Shown here: one piece after another, positions 27,194 through 46,184 of the stretch
Numbering within the stretch: position 1 is the first letter of the stretch
How the letters are laid out: every line of letters starts with the position of its first letter
DNA from: the human T2T-CHM13v2.0 reference genome, Homo sapiens
Length of the DNA: 64,000 nucleotides
NCBI RefSeq assembly: GCF_009914755.1
Contig: NC_060944.1
Direction: 5' to 3' (one strand)
The notes under the pieces: generated by a model
Told to the model about the DNA's origin: nothing
The model's database searches: none
What the model saw: only the letters and a program-made list of their open reading frames with translations
Position numbers and translations under genes: made by a program

Positions 27194-27987
27194 AAGACAT
27201 TCTTTAAAAATGCCTAGCAAATATAGTAAAAAGTAAAAATTCTCTTTCACCTCATCGCTGAAAGTTTCTGTATATTTTCAGGCTTTTTGGTATACCTTTA
27301 TACACATCTGTAATACTCACGCAGTGTTTTTTCTAAATGGAATGATACTGTACATAATACTTTGCAGTTTTTATAATTTACAGTCAGATGGGAAGGACAC
27401 AAAACTATTCTAGAAGATCTTTGCTTTAAACAGTAGTGAAGACATTTATCTCTTCTGTTGTTTTAAGTGCCTTGGAACAGATTTTATGAACAACAGCAAC
27501 ATTCGATATTGATTTGCTCAGTGTTAGTAGTGAGATGCCTTTAGTAGTGAGATCACACCTTTCAGAGAACTTTCTAAATGCTCTGTAAATAAAAGCAGAT
27601 ATGTGATGGACTGCTTCATGATGTTGCCAAGCACCATTCACATCCTTTTCCCTTTCTCAGAAAGTGCAGAGTCATCCATTTTGGAGCAGTTAGTTCTTGC
27701 AGATCTACCAATTACCTGTGGTTATAGGAGATGATGTTTCTCTATCTGCCTGAAAGTGGAAAAAGGAATTAATGAACCTGTGAAGTTCAGTTCTGTAACT
27801 AGACAGAGCTGTGCTGGAAATGAAAATAAGTCCTTTCTGTTATTCATGACATATGGGAAGAAAAGCTTCAGGTAGATCAAGCTCTGCAGGCCTAAATCCA
27901 CAGAAGCCTTGCCAATTTTCAGCTCATTATTGCCATCAAGGTATTTTGGTGATTATTTCCACTATTGTAAACTAATTCATAGGACTG

Positions 27988-28800
<813 letters not shown>

Positions 28801-29035
28801 CTACATTTTGATTTTAATGTCTTACTGTTAATGATCCATGCACCAAATTCCCATGCTGTTAGTATTTTTCTCAGAATGACAAAGGAATTGAAATGCCATT
28901 GTGGGATAAAATTAAATATTGTCAAAGGCCTGCTCTGAGCCAGTCTATGGACTAGGTAGATATATTGGGGAGATAATGAAGTAGGCTCTTGTTGGAAACA
29001 GAGCAGACCAAACCAAACAGAAAATGAATTTGTCA

Positions 29036-29635
<600 letters not shown>

Positions 29636-29654
29636 TAAGGAAAGAAAAATAATA

Positions 29655-30185
<531 letters not shown>

Positions 30186-30194
30186 GTATGGTAT

Positions 30195-30370
30195 ACACCT
30201 TGGTGTGTATTCTAATCATCTGGGAAGCTTGTGAAATGTAGGTTCACCCCCTGGATTTTTAAATCCTGGAAGGTCTGGGGTAGGGTCCAGGAATCTTCAT
30301 TTTCAGCAGCAGGGTTCCTAAATAATTCTCTTAGAGGTAACCTGAAGACTCCTTTGAGGAGCATTGGTGT
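30195..30370. mobile_element. MER5-like hAT-Charlie MITE
   Basis: aatcatctgggaagcttgtgaaa...ggtctggggtagggtccaggaatc. Confidence 0.6.
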
Positions 30371-30419
30371 CTCAGAGGGTGTCTAAACCTGACAAAGACC
30401 ATCTAAATCTAGTTGGCTG

Positions 30420-30716
<297 letters not shown>

Positions 30717-31043
30717 CTAGTTGGCTGAAGAGTTATGGGGAGGAAAAACTATTTTGATATAGCACAAACTTTGTGATAAAAGTGATAAACGGAGATAACT
30801 GAGAAACTATTAAGGAAAGAGATCAGTTAACGCTCACTGAGGTAGGGAGGAGAGGCAGATGTCTGATTTTATGTTAAACTTGAGGAATATATCTTTCATT
30901 TGATTGCCTTGTTTTATATACCTCATAATGCTATATTGTCTTGGTAACCAAGCTCTCATATCTGTATATTACTGCAGTCCTGGGGCATCTCTAACTTCTA
31001 ACATATACTACTTTTTTGATAAGCTATTGAACTGTCCTAAGTA

Positions 31044-31340
31044 GGCCGGGTTTGGTGGTTCACACCTGTAATCCCAGCACTTTGGGAGGCCAAGGCAGGT
31101 GGATCACTGGAGGTCAGGAGTTCGAAACCAGCCTGGCCAACATAGTGAAACCCAGTCTCTACTAAAAATGCAAAAATTAGCTGGGTGTGGTGGCACGCAT
31201 CTGTATTCCAAGCTACTTGGGAGGTTGAGCCAGAGAATTGCTTGGACCTGGGAGGCAGAGTTTGCAGTGAGCTGAGATCATGCCGCTGCACTCCAGCCTT
31301 GGTGACAGAGCAAGACTGTATCTCAAAAATGAAAAAAAGA
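31044..31340 (+). mobile_element. AluSx
   Basis: Full dimer. Confidence 0.9.
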
Positions 31341-31452
31341 AATATCTTAAATAACTTTTCAACGTTCAAACTAACTCGTGGACTATGGCATAAAATCATT
31401 TGTTACTCATGAGTGTTTTCGTTTATTTGTTCAGGAAATAATCACTGTTTTT

Positions 31453-31567
31453 ACACACGCACGCGCACACACACACACATTTTCACCTGCCATCACATAC
31501 ACACACACACACTTTCACCTGCCATCACACACACACACACACACACACACAATTTTCAGCTGCCATC
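31453..31567. repeat. Compound repeat: three units of (CA)n + tttca(c/g)ctgccatc
   Basis: Read directly. Confidence 0.9.
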
Positions 31568-32374
31568 CTAGATAGTTTACCAATATTGATGAGTCTTTCT
31601 TAATGGGGGGACATTTCTCGGAGGATTTAAGTATAGGTTAAGTCGATTTAAGGCTTTAGGGGGAGAAGAAAACATTTCTCAATTATAAAGTATACAACTA
31701 GGAAGAAATTCTTATTTCTCATATTCTGTTTATTTAGCACTATCCATTCATTTAGCACATTTACTTGTATTGACACTACCATGCTTATGAAGCCGTGATG
31801 GCTAGGGAGTAATGAGCTTGTTTTGCTAGTGTTATCTTCTATAAATGTTCTAAATTAAGTAGTTGGGGAAGTGGTTAATGACAACCAAATTTGTAATCTA
31901 GGATTGTTACCCTCTAATCAATTCTTTTTAAATTTCTTCCTGACATTTATCTTGTTATAATAATAACTCTCTGACATTATTATTATAACAAAATTGTTGT
32001 ATTTGTGTTTTGGGGATAAAAGGCATATTTTAGCATCCTATAGTTTAAAATGGTGTTTGTTTTAATCTGGGTGATAAGATGGAAATGCTGACCTGGGCTT
32101 GCCTGATCTACAGCTAACATTGTTCTAATAAACTGCATGGAGTCCAGGTGTTTTACTTTAACTGCAGCTGTACCATCTGTGGGAGCAGGTGGACAGATTC
32201 TGTGTCATCAGGAAAATACAGCTGGTGAGACTAAGGAGAAGAGCTAATTGATTGCTTTTCCAGCTCTCTCCAGTCATATATACATAAGCATAGCATTTAC
32301 CTTGGCACAGGTGTTGCCTTTGGTCTGGATAGTAACAGCAAAATTGAACAAAAAAAGATGTAAATTTGAGCTGC

Positions 32375-32398
32375 GTGTGTGTGTGTGTGTGTGTGTGT
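32375..32398. repeat. (GT)12 microsatellite
   Basis: Read directly. Confidence 0.9.
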
Positions 32399-33000
32399 TT
32401 CTTGGTTGGCATTGAGAAAGATAATTTAAGGGTTTTTTGTTTGTTTGTTTAGGTTTTATTTTTGTTTTTAGTTACTTGAAGATATTTCCAGCTCGTTAAC
32501 TTCTCTGAGAGAGTTCCTTGTAAGGCTACTTATAAATAGTAGTATATATATATATAGTTTATGGCAGGGAAGATCTGGGAAGTAAGCAAAAAGAGCCTTT
32601 AGTTAGGCAACATAGAACAAAATAGAGGTCACAGGTTCCATGCACTGAAGAATGGAATTGAAATAGAGACTCCAGGGTCATAGACTCTTGGAAGGAAGAC
32701 TAGAGTACATTCATGACCCTCACCCTTAATTACTTCACAGGTGAGAAAACCAAGAGCTACAGAAAATAAGTTATTCCTCAGTACCAGGGCCTGGTTCCTT
32801 GGAGAATTGGGTTAAAATTCAAAATAACCTTCTAAAAAATTCTTTCAGAAACGAGTAGTGAAAGCCAGTGGATCAAATTCAGTGATAGTTAACAGAGAAA
32901 CAGCAGCATAGATAAGTAAGCCAATTTAATGTAGGGAGCAACCACTAGCGTACATGATCTCAGCTCATCTGGTACTACCAAGTAAAAATGAACCTGGGCC

Positions 33001-33325
33001 AGCCACAGTGACTCATGCCTGTACTCTCAGCGCTTTGGGAGGCCAAGGTGGGAGGATTGTTTGAGGCCAGGAATTTGAGACCATCCTGGTCAACATAGCA
33101 AGACCCTGTTTGTTTAAAAAAAAAAAATTAAAAAAATAAAAATTTAGCTGGGCTTCGTGATATGTGCCTGTAGTCCCAACCTACTTGGGAGGCTGAGGTG
33201 GGAGGATCATTTGAGCCCAGGAGTTCAAGGCTGCAGTGAGGCATGATTGCACCACTGCACTGCAGCCTAGGCAACTGAGTGAGACCCTGTCTCACAAAAC
33301 TAATAAATAAGTAAATAAATAAAAC
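33001..33325 (+). mobile_element. AluJ
   Basis: Diverged dimer; TSD ...gaacctg. Confidence 0.88.
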
Positions 33326-33644
33326 AGAACCTGTATTATAGTGTTATTTTAGAAACAATTATACCATTGAGATGCATGAAGAGAGCTAGTAGTTTTGCCT
33401 ATCATACTTAAGGTTTAACTTCTTCAGCTTAAGAGATATATGAGAGCAGCTTTTGAGAGGATTTAAAAGATCCCTAAAAAAAGAAAATCCAATGGAAAGG
33501 TTCAAAAACTTGTGTCTGATGAAGAGAAAATATAGAAGTTTGATAAGCCTTTAAGGATTGTTTTGTAGAAGTTGGCTAGTTGTATACTTATCCCTTTAGA
33601 ACTAGACAGGAAGGGGCAAATTTACCTTAGCCATGGGGAATATA

Positions 33645-33975
<331 letters not shown>

Positions 33976-34227
33976 TGAATTATAATTTAATTACAGAGTC
34001 TATCTTAATTAAATAATAAAGATCATTCTTATTTTTCAAAAGCATTTAAAAAAATGGGGTTCTTATCTAGATGAGAGAGGTTTTACTCCATAAGGATCAC
34101 AGTCTAGTGATCCAATAAGCAAACAAACGTGTACTAAAACCCCAGGTGGGGATAAATACTTTGAAGAAAAATAAGCTAAGATTGGAGAGTCTTTCAGTTT
34201 AAGACCTAATTTATTCCCTATGTGTTG

Positions 34228-34534
34228 TGTTTTTTGTTTTGTTTTCTTTTTTTCCCAGGATGGAATTTCACCCTTGTCGCCCAGGCTGGAGTGCAGTGGC
34301 ATGATCCTCACCGCAACCTCCGCCTCCCTGGTTCAAGCAATTCTCCTGCCTCAGCCTCCCGAGTAGCTGGGATTACAGGCATGCGCCACCACTCCCGGCT
34401 AATTTTGTATTTTTAGCAGAGACGGGGTTTCTCCATGTTGGTCAGACTGATCTCGAACTCCTGACCTGAGGTGATCCGCCCGCCTCGGCCTCCCAAAGTG
34501 CTGAGATTATAGGCATGAGCCACCACGCCCGGCC
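34228..34534 (-). mobile_element. AluSp
   Basis: ggtttctccatgttggtcag; TSD tgtgttgtg. Confidence 0.9.
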
Positions 34535-35355
34535 AGTGTGTTGTGCTTTTTTTTTAGTTTTTAATGGTTATCACTTGTAGGTAGGTTTTAGAGCAGACTT
34601 CAGTTTTTTGGGTTTTTTTGTCCCTCTTTTTTTGTTTTCTCGGTTTTTAGACTTCAGTTTTCAGGACAAAAATATGTACAGGTTTTAAAATTATTATTAT
34701 TATTAAAAGAATTACCTTAACTCAGTGCCTGGCACATAGTTAACATTTAACTGGGAATGTTTCATAATAAATCTCAAGTAAGATCTTAAGAAAATCAACA
34801 CTGATTGTTACCTGTCACAAGTCACGTGGGCTGAGATTTCTGGCTAGGCAGGAAAGAAAGAAAAGTTCAGTCTTTTGTTCTCTTTTTCATATTATTATGA
34901 TTTTTGGATTCTGTGGATTCCAGAATCAGAGTTTGAACAGAGAAGTGGTTTCTACACTTTGTTGCATACCAGATGGGTATGGTTTTGGAATAATGAAGGG
35001 GCTTTCAGACTGTGGGTTCTTGAGTGATTTATGACATTTCTCCCGCTTTGTAGTTGTTTTTCTTGGAACTTGCCTAGATGGGCATGCCATGAACTTGCAA
35101 ACGTTGTTCTCATTTTCAAATAAAATAATTTTGTTGCAATTTATTTTTAGGATTAAAAAAAAAATCCAGATGCTCACTTAAATACATAAGAAGACAAACC
35201 AGGATCAATCTTAATAGGAGAAAGGTATACATGTAGAGGGGAATTAACTTTATGCTTGCTATGCTAGAAATGAGCTGGTTGAGTTGCACTCAGGTAATAG
35301 TATGGTAAGGTATATTTTTTTGGTTAATTTGAAAAGAAAATGTATATATGTATGA

Positions 35356-37135
<1,780 letters not shown>

Positions 37136-37720
37136 ACTGCGCCCAGCAATGAATACATTTATTTTATGGCAAAACTAAAAGTTTGTCAAACACCCAAATT
37201 CAGTATGATAAGTTAGCTTTTTATAGGATACTGACAGGTTATTGTGGGTACTCCAATCTTGTTCAGCAAGGCCAAATTTTCAAAAAAAAAAATGTAGATT
37301 TATTACAATAAGGGAAATATATATCTTAAGCTATATTTCCATGTGTTCTATGAAGACAACTCTGAGAGGAAGTTAGCAGTTTGTGTGGTTGGAAGCCTCA
37401 GAAAGTTCTCCTACTTCTATCTCTTACTCACCTGGCTTGCATTGCAATATTTAGGGTAAGAGTCACAAGCATACTCGGGTGCATTTGAATGATGGTCTAA
37501 GCAGATCTCTACACCTGTCGTTATCTGGGTTTGTGATCATTCCAGTGTTTCCTAAGTTTATAGGATGAATTGGCAGTAAGTGACTTTTGTTCCAGTCCTC
37601 AGCTGCATTATAAAGACAATACAAGACTATGCTGAAATAGCCATTTGGTAAAGTTTTGTAAACCCAGAAGCCTTTTTAAAAAGTATTGTTCTTCTTAATC
37701 TCTTAATTATAGTTTTTTAA

Positions 37721-38720
<1,000 letters not shown>

Positions 38721-39241
38721 AAGGGTTTGTTTTCTGATTCTTCAAAGTTTACTTCTCTCAGATCTGGAGACTGTGATATGTATAAGACAAGTTTCCCATG
38801 TCTTAAGAAACTTGATAGCTAGTAAGAGAGGTAAGGCCTGTGAACTCAGGTAACTAAGCAAGACAGAAAGACAGATGAAGATGAGGACATATGAGTAGAA
38901 TAAAGGAAGTGATCAGTAAAGGTTGCATGTGGAAAATGTTGTCTGAATCAGTCGAAGAATTGCCTTCAACATGACCTAGAGAAGAGCAGATCATGACCGA
39001 AATCCAGACCTTTTCACTGGCTTGATTGTTTGGTGGGCTATTTTTCTCTCTTTTTTGAATCAGAGGATCCCAGATGAGGGCTTTATTATCAGCCTTTGAC
39101 TGAAGTCTCAGTTATATTCTTGTTCCCAGCCCATGCGTGTGGAATCAGGGATATGACTTACATGCCCTTTTAAGCTGCTCTGTACCTTTTTGCCAGTTAT
39201 ATATACATGTAACTATGTTAACCTGCCTTAAATGTCCACTC

Positions 39242-39870
<629 letters not shown>

Positions 39871-40030
39871 TGCACCAGTTATTTTTACCTTACGACATTT
39901 TCTCACAGATTCATGTTCTCCTTTGGTAACCTTCCATCAAGCCTCTTTCAACTCTGGTTTAACTAGTGCAGGAGCTCTTTCCATCCCTCTTTCCTTTACT
40001 TTGTTCTCTTTGTAAGTTACAAAAGAGACA

Positions 40031-41645
<1,615 letters not shown>

Positions 41646-44600
41646 GGCTTCTAGTTGCAGTAGGAGGGACGAATTGAGAGCAAGGGTTTAAGGACTAAAT
41701 GCAGGGTGCAGTACAGTGTCAGTGTCAGTGTGCAGTGCTCAGGAAATATTTGTTGAAGGGGAAGAGTATGCTTCTTCAGTCCAAGGTGGAAGCATGAAGG
41801 AAACTGTAAGCACATTGATCTAGACCACAGTTTCAGGTACAGAGGGGAGCGTTAACTAAAGCTCAGAGCGGGGAAAGCACAGGGTGCTTACAAAATGGCA
41901 AATGCTGTCATTTAGGCCAGAATCCTACTCACACTGCTGCTGTATATCCTCTTCATCTGTGTTTAGGATTTTGAAATGCATTTTTGTTGGATTATTGCCC
42001 CACTAGAAAAAACAGTTCAGATCTGTTGCAGTTTCACATTTGAAACTACTTTCATTCTGGAATCCTTATCCTTAGACCTTCCTAATAATTTCTGTGGTCA
42101 CACTGGACCTGATCTCTTCCTGTGCTAAACAAAAGCACACAATCACAAAACTGTGTAGGCATAAATGAGAGGCATATGGGAGTGGTGTAAAAGGAACTGG
42201 AAGAGTCTTAATATGCCTGGGTGGGCGAGCTAAACTAATAGCTCCCAGCAGTTTTTCTGAATCAGACATTGTGGAGCCAGGAGTCTAGCATTTGGAATTC
42301 CACTGCCTGTGCAAAGGGTCTGTCTTTTATCCTCCAAACCACCATTTGTTAACTGGTTAATGACCCAGTGGACCCGTTGACAACAAAGGAGGGAAAGCTG
42401 GTAAAGATCAAGTTAAAAGGAAAAAGAAAAGTTCAAAGGTAGGAAAGTAAGAACAAGAAGGGTTTAATCATATCTTCACCTACTCTTTATTTTTTAACAA
42501 TTTATTGTGGGGAATTTTGAACATACACAAAGTAGATGGAGTAATGTAGTGACCTCCCATGAACCTATCCCCTCAGCCCCAATAAGCTGCAGTTACCAGA
42601 CTTAATGAAAGGAAACCAGAACTCTGGTGAGGCTTAGGTTTGGTTTCCAGACCTCTCTAGGCCTTGTCACCTTTGGCCTTATCCCATCAAACACCTCTTT
42701 TCCCCATTTTTAGCTCCTGGTGTGCACAGAACACTGCGTTTAGGCTAGTGATGAGTATGACAGTACTTAACCTCTAATAGATTAAGGAAATAACTGTTAT
42801 TGTTCAAGTATGGTTTTGAGAGCAGAAAAGTGTAATTCTGTCAAAGGTACACAACGAAGAGGGAACTTAGGAAGGCATTATTGAGAAGTTGACATTTGAG
42901 TTTACAGCAGAAACGTTGGGCAAGGGGTAGGGAATGATCTCTGAGATAGCAGCATACCCGATCTACTAGCTCTTTTTCACCAGGCTATTTAGAGTTTGAC
43001 ATTTATGTTACATTTATAACAAGGTACATTTCAAGTGTAGCTTTCCTTTTTGCTTTAAGCAACTGAGACATGTAAGTCAATTTCAGTTATTTTCTGCTAA
43101 ACTGTGTGTCTCTTTGAATGTTCACTATCAAGGTGAATTATACAAGGTGTGTTAGATCCTTTTAACATTTCAGAGCAACCAAAACCAAGTTTGAATGTCT
43201 CATTTAACACTGTGAGAGGATGTATCTTGTCTGCATCTTGTGTTTCAGTTGTATTTATCGGTAAAATAAGCCAGGGGAGTATTCTGACTTGCAGTTTAAA
43301 AGCTGACAGGCCTAGGGGAATGTTCCACAAAATAGTATATTTTGTATATGGCATGGTATTATAGATAAATGAGCTATTGTGCTGCCTGGCACTGTCTTCT
43401 CCCTTGTGCTGTCTTCTGCTGTTTCTCAAGGAGTGATTCCTCTCTGTGTTTTGGAACCGTGTTTCTCACTGCCTACAGATGATGTCCATTTGGCTTATTT
43501 CACTGTCATCTCATACACAGCTGTTTCAAACTGCATGGAATCCTCAGAGAACTACACGCCCCTTCCTGAACAAACAGTGCTTCTTCCTGCATTTTCTTCT
43601 TAAACTTTTATCACTTTTCCCCCCTTACATATACTTTTGTTTTATTCTTTCACTAAAAAAAAAATGAGGTTTAATTGACTTACAATAAACTACACATATG
43701 TAAAGTGTACAGTTTGCTCAGGTTTGGCAGGTATACCTGTGAAATGATCACTGCAATCAAGATAGTCAACATATCATTCACTCCATAAAGTATCCTTGTG
43801 CCCATTGGTAATCTCTCCCTCCCATGCTCCCCCTGCCCTGTCTCCAAGCAAACACTAATCTGCTTTCAGTCACTATAGATTAGTGTGCATTTTATAGAAT
43901 TTTATGTATATATGTTTTATATAGATGAAATCATACAATATGCACTCCTTTCCTTCCATCCTTTCTTCCTTTTTAGGTCTGGTTTCTTTCATCCAGCATA
44001 ATTATTTTAAGATGTATGTATCAGTAGTTTATTCCATTTTATTGTTGAGTAGTATTCTGTTGTATGGATATATCACATTTGTTTATTTGCCTGTGGATAG
44101 ATGTTTGAGTTGTTTCCAGTCTTTGGCTATTGCAAATAAAGCTTCTTTGAACATTCATATATAAATGTTTATATGGACATATGCTTGCTTTTGTCTTTTC
44201 TTTTTTAAAAAAAAAAGCACAGATGGGAACCGGGCGTGGTGGCTCATGCCTGTAATCCCAGCACTTTGTGAGGCTGAGGTGGGCGGATCACCTGAATGTT
44301 AGGAGTTCAAGACCAGCTTGGCCAACATGGTGAAACTCCGTCTCTACTAAAAATACAGCAGTTAGCCTTGCATGGTGGTGTGTGCCTGTAATTCCAGCTA
44401 CTCAGGAGGGTGAGGCTGGAGAACCGCTTGAACCCTGGAAGTGGAGGTTGCATTGAGCCGAGGTTTCAGTGAGCCGAGATCACGCCAGTGCTCTCCAGCC
44501 TGGGTGACAGAGCGAGACTCCATCTCAGAAACAACAACAACAGCAACAACAAATAGAGATGGGGTTCGAGCCCAGGCTAGTCTTGAACTCCTGGGCTCTA

Positions 44601-45309
44601 GTGATACTCCTGCCTTGGCCTCCCAGACAAAGTGTTGGGATTACAGGTGTTAAACCACTGTGCCCAGACTCTTTTTCCTTTGTAAATACATAGGAATGGT
44701 GTGGTTGCATCATATGTTTTAACTATTTAAGAAATTGCCAAACTTTTTCTAAAATATTTTCAAGTACTTACCATCTATATATCTTCTTTGGTGAAATGTC
44801 TGTTTAAATCTTTTACCCATTTAAAAAAATTACATTGTTTATTTTCTTGCTGTTGAGGTTTTTGTTTGTTTGTTTGAGACAGTCTCACTCTGTTGCCCAG
44901 GCTGGAGTACAGTTGTGCGATCCCAGCTCGCTGCAGCCTCCACCTCCTGGGTTCAAGTGATCCTGAACTTCCTGAGTAGCTGGGACTACAGGCACGCGCC
45001 ACCACGCCCGGCTAATTTTTGTATTTTTAGTAGAGACGAGGTTTCACCATGTTGGCCAGGCTGGTCTTGAACTCCTGGCCTCAAGTGATCCGTCCACCTC
45101 GGCCTCCCAAAGTGCTGAGATTATAGGCATGATCCATTGCCCCCAGCCTGTTGAGGTTTTTTTTTAAATCAGGTATATAATCAGGTATATGCTTTGCAAA
45201 TATTTTCTCCCAGCGTATTACTTGTCTATTTTCTTAACAGTTTCTTTCAAAGAATAGAGTTAAAAAGATTTTTTGTATCTTTTTAGCTTTTTTTTTTTTT
45301 TTTTTTTTT

Positions 45310-45634
45310 GAGCAGTCAGAACACACACAGCATTTATTGGAAGTTTTCCATCTTATATGGGCACAGTTTGTGGCTCCCCAAAACAATTAGAATAGTAATA
45401 TCAAAGATCACTGATCACAGATCACCATAACAGATATAATAATAATGAGAAACTGTGAAATGTCGCAAAAATTACCAAAATGTGATCCAGAGACAGGAAG
45501 TGAGTGCATGCTGTTGGACAAATGGCACTGATAGATTTGCTTGACACAGGGTTGCCAGAAACCTTCCATTTGTTAAAAAATGCAATATTTGTGAAGTACA
45601 ATAAAGTGAAACACAGTAAAATGAGGTGTGCTGG
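45310..45634 (-). mobile_element. Tigger1 5' portion, inside SVA-transduced DNA
   Basis: Reverse complement matches remembered Tigger1 5' end (...atatctgttatggtgatctgtgatcagtgatctttgat...tgtgtgttctgactgctc); truncated exactly at the poly(A). Confidence 0.78.
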
Positions 45635-45721
45635 GCATCCTGCCATTTATGCACATGCCTCTTTAGGTAGAAAATAATCCTGTAAAAGTTGAGGCTGTGG
45701 TTGCCTTTCTGAGAATCTTGT

Positions 45722-46030
45722 CTACAGAAATGGTCAACTGGTGGCCAGCTAGCCAAAGGGCTAATCTAGCCCACAGACATGTTTAGTTGGGGCTACATAG
45801 AGCTTTTTACAAATTTGAGTCAATATTTAGAAAATAAAAGTCTGGATTTTGGGATTCCCTTACAAAAACTGGAAAATTTGGCCACACTGGGTCATATTCC
45901 CACATAGTCGTGGTGGTTGGGGTTCAGTAGCAGTAGCTGCTGCCCCTTAAGACAGGTCCCCATGGTCCCCACTCAGTTGCTTCCTTATTTATCTTACAAG
46001 CCTGGCAAGGAATTTGAGTTGAACTGATCT
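45722..46030 (+). mobile_element. MER102-like hAT-Charlie element, inside SVA-transduced DNA
   Basis: agcccacagacatgtttagttggg...gccacactgggtcatattcccacat...gctgccccttaagacagg. Confidence 0.6.
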
Positions 46031-46184
46031 AGAAGATTGGTGCTAAGAACCAGCTCAGTGGCTTAGCTGTCCTGGGGTCTGCAGGAGAAGGCTTCTTTGT
46101 TAGGCCCAGGCAGGAAGTCTGGGCATGGATTGAGTTTTATTTTTATTTTTTTATTTTTTCTTTTTTTTTTTGACCTTTTAAATA

